DNA from: the human T2T-CHM13v2.0 reference genome, Homo sapiens | Direction: 5' to 3' (one strand) | Length of the DNA: 64,000 nt | Assembly (NCBI RefSeq): GCF_009914755.1 | Contig: NC_060947.1 | In this document: in pieces, positions 46,438 to 64,000 of the stretch | Layout: every line of letters begins with the position of its first letter | How positions within the stretch are numbered: position 1 is the stretch's first letter | Position numbers and translations under genes: made by a program | The notes under the pieces: model-generated | What the model saw: only the letters and a program-made list of their open reading frames with translations | The model's database searches: none | Told to the model about the DNA's origin: nothing

Positions 46438-47421
46438 CCTGCAGGCAGAGGGGAGGCCGTGCAGGAGGAGGGGAGGCCGTGCAGGGGGAAGGGAGGCCGT
46501 GCAGGGGGAGGGGAGGCCGTGCAGGGGGAAGGGGGGCCGTGCAGGGGGAAGGGAGGCCGTGCAGGGGGAAGGGAGGCCGTGCAGGCAGAGGGGAAGACGT
46601 GCAGGGGGAGGGGAGGCCGTGCAGGAGGAGGGGAGGCCGTGCAGGGGGAAGGGAGGCCGTGCAGGCGGAGGGGGGTACGTGCAGGGGGCAGCGGAGGCCG
46701 TGCAGGGGGAGGGGAGGCCGTGCAGGGGGAAGGGGGGCCGTGCAGGGGGAAGGGAGGCCGTGCAGGGGGAAGGGAGGCCGTGCAGGCAGAGGGGAAGACG
46801 TGCAGGCGGAGCGGGGGCCGTGCAGGCGGAGGGGGGTACGTGCAGGGGGCAGCGGAGGCCGTGCAGGGGGAAGGGAGGCCGTGCAGGGGGAAGGGAGGCC
46901 GTGCAGGGGGAGGGGAGGCCGTGCAGGGGGAAGGGGGGCCGTGCAGGGGGAAGGGAGGCCGTGCAGGGGGAAGGGAGGCCGTGCAGGCGGAGGGGAAGAC
47001 GTGCAGGGGGAGGGGAGGCCGTGCAGGGGGAGGGGAGGCCGTGCAGGGGGAGGGGAGGCCGTGCAGGGGGAGGGGAGGCCGTGCAGGGGGAAGGGAGGCC
47101 GTGCAGGGGGAAGGGAGGCCGTGCAGGCGGAGGGGGGTACGTGCAGGGGGCAGCGGAGGCCGTGCAGGGGGAGGGGAGGCCGTGCAGGGGGAAGGGGGGC
47201 CGTGCAGGGGGAGGGGAGGCCGTGCAGGGGGAGGGGAGGCCGTGCAGGGGGAGGGGAGGCCGTGCAGGGGGAGGGGGGCCGTGCAGGGGGAAGGGAGGCC
47301 GTGCAGGGGGAGGGGAGGCCGTGCAGGGGGAGGGGGGGCCGTGCAGGCGGAGGGGGGCCGTGCAGGGGGAGGGGGGGCCGTGCAGGCGGAGCGGGGGGCG
47401 TGCAGGGGGAGGGGAAGCCGT
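46438..47421. repeat. 20-bp G-rich minisatellite, ~49 copies
   Basis: Unit GTGCAGGGGGA(A/G)GGGAGGCC. Open in all six frames, which explains the six 350-470-aa ORFs. Confidence 0.96.
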
Positions 47422-47615
47422 CCTGGGCCTTTTCCAGCTGGCTGCAGAGAAGGGGCCAGCTCCCTCCTGGGGACCCGGAGCCGCGGTACAGGTGTGGTTG
47501 CTTCTCTTGGAGAAAGAGGCTGAGCTGACATCCCCCGGGCTGATAAAGAATGGGCTCCTCCTCCTGGGCCCAGCAGGCTCCCGGGACCCTCCCTCCCTCC
47601 CTCCCTCCCTCCCTC

Positions 47616-47919
47616 CTTCCGGGCAGCAGGGAAGATCTGAGTTCATGTAGCTGGTGTTGGCTTAGGGTCTGGGAGGAAGGCTTTTGGGAAGATGTAAATA
47701 AGAACAAAATCTGCAGCCACCTGGGAAGCCTGGCCTCAGTGTGGAAGAGAAGGCAGCAGGATTATTACAGAACCTTGTGAAGCCAACGCGGGCAGCCGCC
47801 AGGAGCTGCAGACCGAGAGGATCTCGTCCTTTCTTGCGGCCCAGGGAGACCAGGCCTTTCATTCTGGGCTCGAGACCAACAATTCGAATTCCGAACTCCC
47901 CCTGCGTGTGGGACTCAAG
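47616..47919 (+). other. PLCXD1: PLCXD1 non-coding first exon (proximal); start approximate
   Basis: Donor CAAG|GTGGGT at 47919/47920. Unique sequence between the minisatellite and an Alu; spacing to exon 2 agrees with the recalled annotation. Confidence 0.6.
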
Positions 47920-47997
47920 GTGGGTTTGCAGTTTGCAGGCAGCTGAAGTTTGTCTCTTCTCCAGGAGGCCGGGGCTTCTTCCCTTCCTCTCTGTCCC

Positions 47998-49021
<1,024 letters not shown>

Positions 49022-49054
49022 TTATGGAAAGGGTCACTTCCCTTATTTTCAACA

Positions 49055-49325
49055 GTATATTATATATATATACTTATATATGTATATATAGTGATGTATA
49101 TATGTATATATGTTATGTATGTGTTATATATGTCTATATTATATATGTATATATGTTATACATGTATGTTATATATATATTATATATATATTATATATGT
49201 ATATATTATATGTATAATATATATTATATGTATATATTATATATGTTATATATATGTTATGTATATAATATGTATATATGTATATATTCTGTTATGTGTG
49301 TATGTGTGTGTGTGTGTGTGTGTGT
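49055..49325. repeat. (TA)n-rich and (TG)n simple repeats
   Basis: Read directly. Confidence 0.92.
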
Positions 49326-49334
49326 AGGCGACAC

Positions 49335-50357
<1,023 letters not shown>

Positions 50358-50422
50358 TGAAGTCACCGTAAAAAACCTCTTTTCCTCTTCTCCTTCCTCA
50401 GGTTGCCCAGGGCTCACCTCTG

Positions 50423-50549
50423 ATGGGTGGGCAGGTGAGCGCTTCCAACAGCTTCTCGAGGCTGCACTGCAGAAATGCCAACGAGGACTGGATGTCGGCA
50501 CTGTGTCCCCGGCTCTGGGATGTGCCCCTCCACCACCTCTCCATCCCAG
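50423..50549 (+). CDS. PLCXD1: PLCXD1 exon 2 coding part (exon starts at 50402); PI-PLC X-domain-containing protein 1
   Basis: Acceptor TCCTTCCTCAG|50402, ATG at 50423, MGGQVSASNSFSRLHCRNANEDWMSALCPRLWDVPLHHLSIP(G), donor CAG|GTGAGG. 127 coding nt. Confidence 0.96.
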
Positions 50550-50694
50550 GTGAGGTTGGGGTGGGGCAGGGGCCGTTGCCTCTATCCCAGGTGACGGCAG
50601 GGTGGGGCGGGAGCTGTGGCGTCTGCATTCCCCAGTGGGGACGCTGGCTGTAGGAGCAATCCTGGGTGTAGGGAAATCCTAGAAAGCACACTGA

Positions 50695-51995
50695 TGTGGA
50701 CACACACATACACACAGTGCACACGTGTGTGCATACACATATGTACATAGTCATGGACATGCACAGACATGCATACACACAGGCATGCACACATGTGCAC
50801 ACATACACAGGCATACATGCACACACGCACACACGCACACATGCACATCTGCACACGCACATCTGCACACACACATGCACATCTGCACACACACATGCAC
50901 ATCTGCACACATACGCATGTGCATACTGTGTTGGTCTGTTCTCACGCTGCTAACAAAGACATACCCGAGACTGGGTAATTTATAAAAGAGGTTTAATGGA
51001 CTCAGTTCCACCTGGCTGGGGAGGCCTCACAATCACGGCAGAAGGTGAATGCGGAGCAAAGTCACATGTTACATGGTGGCAGCCAACAGAGCGTGTGCTG
51101 GAGAACTGCCCTTTGTACAACCATCAGATCTCGTGAGACTTATTCACGATCACGAGAACAGCATGGGAAAGACCCGCCCCGTGATTCGGTGACCTCCCAC
51201 CAGGTCCCTCCCATGACAGATGGGAATTATGGGAGCTACAATTCAAGATGAGATTTGGGTGGGGACACAGCCGAGCCATATCACATACATAGGTGCACAT
51301 AGGCACACATGCAGGCACACACAGACACATACATACACACACACATGCATGCGCACACACATACATGCATGCACACATGCACATCCCCACACATATGCAC
51401 ATGGATGCATATACATGCACACACACAGGTGTACACACATGCAGGCACATGTATACATGGATGTAGGCACATACTAATGCACACATGTATACATGCACAT
51501 AGGCTCATACACACATGGATGCACATACACATGCATGCACATGTGCGGGTGTGTACACATGCACATGCACACGTGTACACATGTACACACATGCACACAT
51601 GTATATATATATTTGCACCTATGCACACATATATACACCTGCAGATATACACAGGTGTAGACATGTACATGCACAGACACACGTGCACACATAAACATTT
51701 GCACCTATGCACGCAGAGACACGTCTATGCAATGCATGTATACACGTGTACACACGTACATGCATGCACACAGACATACACATGTACACATTTGCACCTA
51801 TTCACATAGACATACATGAATGCACATATGCACACGTGTACACAGGCACACATGCACATGCACACGCGTGTACACACATGCACACACGTAGACACACGTC
51901 CATGCACACAGGAACACAGGTACATGTTTAAACACAGGCACACACATGCACACTCACATATAGGCATACGGACACACATACACATGCACACAGAT
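50695..51995. repeat. Degenerate (CA)n/(CACATG)n low-complexity tract
   Basis: Alternating purine-pyrimidine sequence on both sides of the THE1 LTR. Confidence 0.92.
50927..51283 (-). mobile_element. THE1 (B/C) MaLR solo LTR with TSD CATAC
   Basis: TGTGTTGGTCTGTTCTCACGCTGCTAACAAAGACATACCCGAGACTGGGTAATTTAT...GAGATTTGGGTGGGGACACAGCCGAGCCATATCA, 357 bp, with CATAC on both sides. Confidence 0.92.
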
Positions 51996-52296
51996 ACGTA
52001 TTGTCAACCTAAGGAAATAAACTTAGACAAAATTAATATAAGTAGGGGGTTTCCTTGAGCCACATTTGAGGACTGCAGCCCAGGAAACCCTCCAACTCGC
52101 CTTAGGAAGTGGCTGTGGAGAACAACGTCGAGACGGGAGCTTCTAAAGAAAGTGCACATCAGGAGAGGGGGTGATGATGAAAGCTGTTTTTCAGGAATTC
52201 ATGTGGGTTACTGAAGTGGCATCGAGCACTGATCGCGTTCTTCCTTGCAATGTAGGGAATGAGTTATGGTGCCCCAGTGTGACATCCTGAGGTTAA

Positions 52297-52631
<335 letters not shown>

Positions 52632-52668
52632 TAGAGCTGACCTAGTAAGTAGCTTCCAGGGGTGATAC

Positions 52669-53131
52669 TGTAGCAGGACCAGCCGCAGACAAAACTCAGA
52701 CACCGGATTAAAGAAAGAAGAGGTTTCTTTGGCCGGGAGCTTCGGCAGACTCACATCTTAAGAGCCGAGCTCCTTAAAAAAGAAATTCTTGGCCTTTTTA
52801 AAGGCTTACAACTCTGAGGGGTCCACGTGAAGGGGTCGTGATAAATCAAGCAAGTGTGGGGAACGTGACTGGGGGCTACATGTGTCAGCTAACAGAACAG
52901 AAAGTTTTGTAACGCTTTTTCATACAACGTCTGGCATTTACAGATAACAGAAGTGGTTTAGGTTATGGATTGATATTATTTTAACTCCCAGGGCTGGGTG
53001 GTGGTGCCAAGGTTGTCTGGCTATTTATCTTACTTCTGTTTCTTTCCAACCTTTTGCTTTCTCCTGTCTTATAAACTAGGCAAGGTGGGGGTAGGGGGCA
53101 GCAGGAGAAGTACTGGTCTCCTTCCTTAACA
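52669..53131 (-). mobile_element. LTR15-like ERV1 solo LTR
   Basis: TGTAGCAGGACCAGCCGCAGACAAAACTCAGACACC ... GGTCTCCTTCCTTAACA, ~460 bp. Confidence 0.75.
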
Positions 53132-53201
53132 CCTTAGCTCAAGATCGGGGGAGCAGGTGACTGTGGCTTCGTTCCAATGCCTCTCGGGGTCTGGGGATTT
53201 A

Positions 53202-54012
<811 letters not shown>

Positions 54013-54079
54013 AAATAACAACTACGTGTCATAGGCAGGAAATGCAAACGTCAGCCATCAGTCAAACTCTACAAAGGTC

Positions 54080-54835
54080 TGTGTTTCTTGCGGTTACCAT
54101 AACAAGTGAGCACACGTCAGGAGGCGGCAAAGAACAGAAATTTACTCTCTCCCAGTTCTAGATACAGAAATCTGAAGTCAAGATATGGGCAGGACCACAC
54201 GTCCTCCTGAGGCTCTAGGGGAGGGTCCTTCCTGCCTCTCCCAGCTCCTGGGGGCTCCAGGCATCCCTGGGCTTGTGGCCGCATCACTCCAGTCTCTGCC
54301 TCCATCTCCACGTGGCCTCCTCCTCTGGGTCTGTGTCTCCTAAGGACACCTGTCATTGCATTTAGGACCCAGCACAAAGCCAAGATGACTTCATCTTGAG
54401 CATTTTGAGAGCATGTGTAAAGACCCTATTTCCAAACAGGATCCCATTCACAGGTTCTGGGCAGGGGGTTAGGACTTGAACAGCTCTTTTGGGGATCACC
54501 ACTCAAGTCATTGAAATTGTATTCAGTTCCTTCTAGAGGCTCTAGAGTGGGGGATCCTTCCTGCCTCTCCCAGCTCCTGGGGGCTCCAGGCATCCCTGGG
54601 CTTGTGGCCGCATCACTCCAGTCTCTGCCTCCGTCTCCACGAGGCCTCCTCCTCTGTGTCTGTCTCCTCCTCTTGTGTCTTAGACGGACACCTGTCACTG
54701 GATTTGGGGGCCCGCCCTACTCCAGGATGATCTCATTTCAACCTAATGATATCTGCAGAGACCCTGTTTCAACACGGGTCGTGTTCCCAGGTTCCAGTGG
54801 ACGTGAGTTTTGGGGGTCAGCGTGCACCCCTCCCG
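54080..54835 (-). mobile_element. Two tandem MLT1(C)-derived copies in PLCXD1 intron 2
   Basis: Same core as 8930/9256, found at ~54220 and ~54550. Confidence 0.75.
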
Positions 54836-54959
54836 CCATACCTGTGCCTGTGCTGTGGGCGGGCAGCAGCCTGTGCTGTAGGCGGGCTGTGGAGCGACTC
54901 ACAGCAGGTGGCGGGGACGGACTCGTGGTGACATGTCCGCGTGTGTGCTTTGCTCTCAG

Positions 54960-55096
54960 GGAGCCACGACACGATGACGTACTGCCTGAACAAGAAGTCC
55001 CCCATTTCGCACGAGGAGTCCCGGCTGCTGCAGCTGCTGAACAAGGCCTTGCCCTGCATCACGCGCCCTGTCGTGCTGAAATGGTCCGTCACCCAG
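54960..55096 (+). CDS. PLCXD1: PLCXD1 exon 3
   Basis: TGCTCTCAG|54960, (G)SHDTMTYCLNKKSPISHEESRLLQLLNKALPCITRPVVLKWSVTQ with the PI-PLC IPGSHD catalytic His motif, donor CAG|GTACGG. 137 nt; cumulative 264. Confidence 0.96.
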
Positions 55097-55312
55097 GTAC
55101 GGTCTGTGCCCCGTGCTGCTGACCTGGCCTGTCAGCTATGTGGGGCCCACGGCCCCGTGGTGCTGAAATGGCCCCTCACCCAGGTAGGGTTTGAGTGGTG
55201 CCCTGTGGGCTCAGGAGGCAGGTTCCTATCCCAGCTGCGGAGACAGGATTAAAACAAAACCTGCTGCCCACCCAGAACCCCTCCCCAGAGGTGGAAGAGA
55301 GGGGAACAGTGT

Positions 55313-56752
<1,440 letters not shown>

Positions 56753-56874
56753 TTACGACATCCACGTCCCAGTGGGCAGCAGGACATGCGGGTGGGCCAA
56801 CCCCACAGCCCATTCCTGAGCCCCCCAGACGCGGCGCTCAGCCAGGCAGACATGACAGCAGCCTCTGTCCACAG

Positions 56875-57003
56875 GCACTGGACGTCACAGAGCAGCTGGA
56901 TGCCGGGGTGCGGTACCTGGACCTGCGGATAGCCCACATGCTGGAGGGCTCGGAGAAGAACCTGCACTTTGTCCATATGGTGTACACAACGGCGCTGGTG
57001 GAG
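56875..57003 (+). CDS. PLCXD1: PLCXD1 exon 4
   Basis: TGTCCACAG|56875, [43 protein letters not shown] with the [12 protein letters not shown] PI-PLC X motif, donor GAG|GTGCGG. 129 nt. Confidence 0.96.
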
Positions 57004-57236
57004 GTGCGGCCGGGCTGAGGTGGGACGCAATGGGGAGAGTGGGAGGCGGCCGGGCACTGGTGCAGGTGCGGCCGGGCTGAGGTGGGAAGCAAGGGGGACA
57101 GCGGGAGGCGGCCGGGCACTGGTGCAGGTGCGGCCGGGCTGAGGTGGGAAGCAAGGGGGACAGCGGGAGGCGGCCGGGCGCTGGTGCAGGTGCGGCCGGG
57201 CTGAGGTGGGAAGCAAGGGGGACGGCGGGAGGTGGC
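56990..57236. repeat. 62-bp tandem repeat (~4 copies) spanning the exon 4 donor
   Basis: CTGGTG(G/C)AG|GTGCGGCCGGGCTGAGGTGGGA recurs at 57003, 57065, 57127 and 57189. Confidence 0.92.
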
Positions 57237-57340
57237 CAAGCTCCCGTGGGGATGAAACAGCCACATGCAGATGTGGACAGGAAACGCCCGGTCTTTAATG
57301 GAAGGGTGACGTCACCTATACACCAGACAGGAGACACTGA

Positions 57341-57580
<240 letters not shown>

Positions 57581-57725
57581 TAGGCTGGTCTCAAACTCCT
57601 AACCTCAGGTGATCCACCCGCCTCGGCCTCCCAAATTGCTGGGATGACAGGCGTGAGCCGCCACACCCCGCCTTCCCTGTGGTGTTGGAGTCGTGCAGGA
57701 CTCAGCCCAGCACCCCCCTCCCCAG

Positions 57726-57881
57726 GACACACTCACGGAAATCTCGGAGTGGCTGGAGCGGCATCCACGCGAGGTGGTCATCCTGGCCTGCAGAAACTTC
57801 GAGGGGCTGAGCGAGGACCTGCACGAGTACCTGGTCGCCTGTATCAAGAACATCTTCGGGGACATGCTGTGTCCTCGTGGG
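57726..57881 (+). CDS. PLCXD1: PLCXD1 exon 5
   Basis: CCCCTCCCCAG|57726, DTLTEISEWLERHPREVVILACRNFEGLSEDLHEYLVACIKNIFGDMLCPRG, donor GGG|GTGAGG. 156 nt. Confidence 0.96.
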
Positions 57882-58112
57882 GTGAGGAGGGGAAGGATAT
57901 CCGCACGTCTCTCCCGGGGCAGGGGCATCGTCAGCCTCAGACTCCATTTGCTGTGCCCTGGGTGTGGGTGCTGCCATGATTCCTGTAGCAGGTGAAGCCG
58001 TCGAACGGGGGCTGCCTGCTCTCCCGCAGTGTGGGGGGCCCTGGCTGACCCGGTGGGGTGGCTCCTGGTGAGATCTGCTTCCCTTGACGGGTTTAGAAAT
58101 GTGTGCAGCGTC

Positions 58113-59138
<1,026 letters not shown>

Positions 59139-59261
59139 CAGAATTTCATTTTTGGTTTATACTCGTGTTGGGCCGGTGTCCCGACTTCCCAGCCCTCCGC
59201 TCTCCCAGGTGCCCCCGGCTCTCCTCTCTCCCCTGCACCCCTTAACTCTGGTCCTTTGCAG

Positions 59262-59445
59262 GAGGTGCCGACACTGCGGCAGCTGTGGTCCCGGGGCCAA
59301 CAGGTCATCGTCTCCTATGAAGACGAGAGCTCCTTGCGCCGGCACCACGAGCTGTGGCCAGGAGTCCCCTACTGGTGGGGAAACAGGGTGAAGACCGAGG
59401 CCCTCATCCGATACCTGGAGACCATGAAGAGCTGCGGCCGCCCAG
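59262..59445 (+). CDS. PLCXD1: PLCXD1 exon 6 (the final coding exon lies beyond the window)
   Basis: GTCCTTTGCAG|59262, EVPTLRQLWSRGQQVIVSYEDESSLRRHHELWPGVPYWWGNRVKTEALIRYLETMKSCGRP(G), donor CAG|GTACCA. 184 nt; cumulative 733. Confidence 0.96.
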
Positions 59446-59849
59446 GTACCAGGTCGCCCCTCGTGGGGGTAGATTCCACACAGCCTCCCGTGACGCCCTG
59501 CGGCAGGCCGGGTCCACATGGACTTGCCTTCACTTTTACGTGAAAACAATTTAAAAGGAATCCATGAGCTGGGCGTGGTAATCCCTGTACCTGTAATCCC
59601 AGCACTTCGGGAGGCCGAGGCGGGTGGATCACCTGAGGTCGGGAGTTTGAGACCAGCCTGGCCAACATAGTGAGACCCCAACTTTACTAGAAATAAAACT
59701 TAGCGGCCGGGCGCAGTGGTTCATGCCTGTCATCCTAGCACTTTGGGAGGCTGAGGCGGGCAGATCACCTGAGGTCGGGAGTTCGAGACCGGCCTGACCA
59801 ATGTGATGAAACCCTGTCTCTACTTAAGAAGCACCCAGGGAGAAAGCAG

Positions 59850-60200
59850 TCCATGTACATTGGCGGGGGGAGGGATCAACAAGGTGTGGTCCATCCACGC
59901 GGTGGAATATTACACAGCCATGAAAAAGAACGAGGCTCTGACAAGGATGCAGCGGGCACAAACCTTAAGACATCACGCTCAGTGAGAGAAGCCAGACACA
60001 AAAGGACACGTAGTGTGTGAATCCATTTACAGGAAATGCCCAGAACATGCCAATCCAGAGACAGAAAGAGGATTTGTGGTTGCCGGGGGCTGCGGAGGGG
60101 AAATGAGGACTGACTGCTTCATGGAAACAGGGTCTCTCCTTTTAGGACGATGAGAATGTTCTGGAACTAGGGAGAGGTCGGAGTTGCACAACGTGAATCC
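59850..60200 (+). mobile_element. L1M (L1MB-like) 3' UTR fragment
   Basis: GGAATATTACACAGCCATGAAAAAGAACGAGG..CTCAGTGAGAGAAGCCAGACACAAAAGGAC..GATGAGAATGTTCTGGAACTAG. Confidence 0.8.
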
Positions 60201-60204
60201 ACTT

Positions 60205-62650
<2,446 letters not shown>

Positions 62651-62729
62651 AGAAATACGTGTTAAAAACCACTGAGAGAACTTGGCCATAAACGTCTGTT
62701 GCCTTTGCCGTCTCTGGCTGTGGAATCAG

Positions 62730-62882
62730 TCCAGCTGGTCAACACAGGGGCACTGGAACCTACCTCTGGGGGAGCTTCTTCAAATATGGCTTGCAGGAGA
62801 TTCCGGCTCAGCAGATGTAGGTGGAGCCCCCAAATTTGCATTTCTAACTATTGCAGGGACCCCACTTTGAGAATCACTGGTC
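62730..62882. mobile_element. MER5A-like hAT DNA transposon remnant
   Basis: AATTTGCATTTCTAAC..GGACCCCACTTTGAGAATCACTG terminal motif. Confidence 0.6.
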
Positions 62883-62949
62883 AACGTCAACCCTCTCTAT
62901 AAGCCTCATAAGAGATGGCACAGACTTAGTGCCCAAGACAACAGCATTC

Positions 62950-64000
62950 TTCCTGTCTATCACATGGGGGATAAGAATGTGGACAAGTTTGGGGCCATAT
63001 TATTCTGTCTCCCACATGGGATTAGGACGTGGACATCTTTGGGGCCATTATCCTGTCTACCTCATGGGGATTAGGACGTGGACATCTTTGGGGACATTAT
63101 TCTGTCTCCCACATGGGGATTAGGACGTGGACATCTTTGGGGCCATTATTCTGTCTATCACATGGGGATTAGGACGTGGACATCTTTGGGGACATTATTC
63201 TGTCTATCACATGGGGATTAGGACGTGGACATCTTTGGGGACATTATCCTGTCTATCACATGGGGATTAGGACGTGGACATCTTTGGGGACATTATTCTG
63301 TCTCCCACATGGGGATCAGGACGTGGACATCTTTGGGGACATTATTCTGTCTATCACATGGGGATTAGGACGTGGACATCTTTGGGGCCATTATTCTGTC
63401 TATCACATGGGGATTAGGACGTGGACATCTTTGGGGACATTATTCTGTCTATCACATGGGGATTAGGACGTGGACATCTTTGGGGACATTATTCTGTCTA
63501 TCACATGGGGATCAGGACGTGGACATCTTTGGGGACATTATCCTGTCTATCACATGGGGATTAGGACGTGGACATCTTTGGGGCCATTATTCTGTCTCCC
63601 ACATGGGGATTAGGACGTGGACATCTTTGGGGCCATTATTCTGTCTCCCACATGGGGATTAGGACGTGGACATCTTTGGGGACATTATTCTGTCTCCCAC
63701 ATGGGGATTAGGACGTGGACATCTTTGGGGCTGTTATTCTGTCTCCCACATGGGGATTAGGACGTGGACATCTTTGGGGACATTATTCTGTCTATCACAT
63801 GGGGATTAGGACGTGGACATCTTTGGGGCTGTTATTCTGTCTCCCACATGGGGATTAGGACGTGGACATCTTTGGGGACATTATTCTGTCTATCACATGG
63901 GGATTAGGACGTGGACATCTTTGGGGACATTATTCTGTCTCCCACATGGGGATTAGGACGTGGACATCTTTGGGGCTGTTATTCTGTCTATCACATGGGG
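62950..64000. repeat. 49-bp VNTR derived from an MLT1 terminus; continues past the right window edge
   Basis: Unit CATGGGGATTAGGACGTGGACATCTTTGGGG(A/C)CATTATTCTGTCT(AT/CC)CA, at least 21 copies. Confidence 0.93.

Overview
Human (primate) genomic DNA, not prokaryotic. The content matches the distal end of pseudoautosomal region 1 (Xp22.33/Yp11.3), just inside the telomere. From left to right: the end of a 61-bp satellite (DXYS20-like), a 26-bp minisatellite, a HERV-K LTR5 solo LTR, and the last three exons of an intron-containing, frameshifted regucalcin/SMP-30 (gluconolactonase) paralog pseudogene (8496-11254, +). An Alu/LTR-dense stretch follows, then a 13.3-kb 55-bp VNTR and a 4.2-kb 49-bp VNTR. 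The 5' part of PLCXD1 (+) fills the rest: two alternative non-coding first exons and coding exons 2-6, with the last exon beyond the window. Almost all long ORFs in the track are artefacts of tandem repeats or Alus. The most notable observations are: the dead, anciently diverged regucalcin paralog with its terminal exon and polyA signal; duplicated splice donors after PLCXD1 exons 3 and 4; minisatellites seeded from LTR fragments; a shared non-consensus substitution in more than 20 Alus; and the indel-free, digitally variable 55-bp array upstream of PLCXD1. Repeat-family names and the RGN comparison come from recalled consensus sequences, not database searches.
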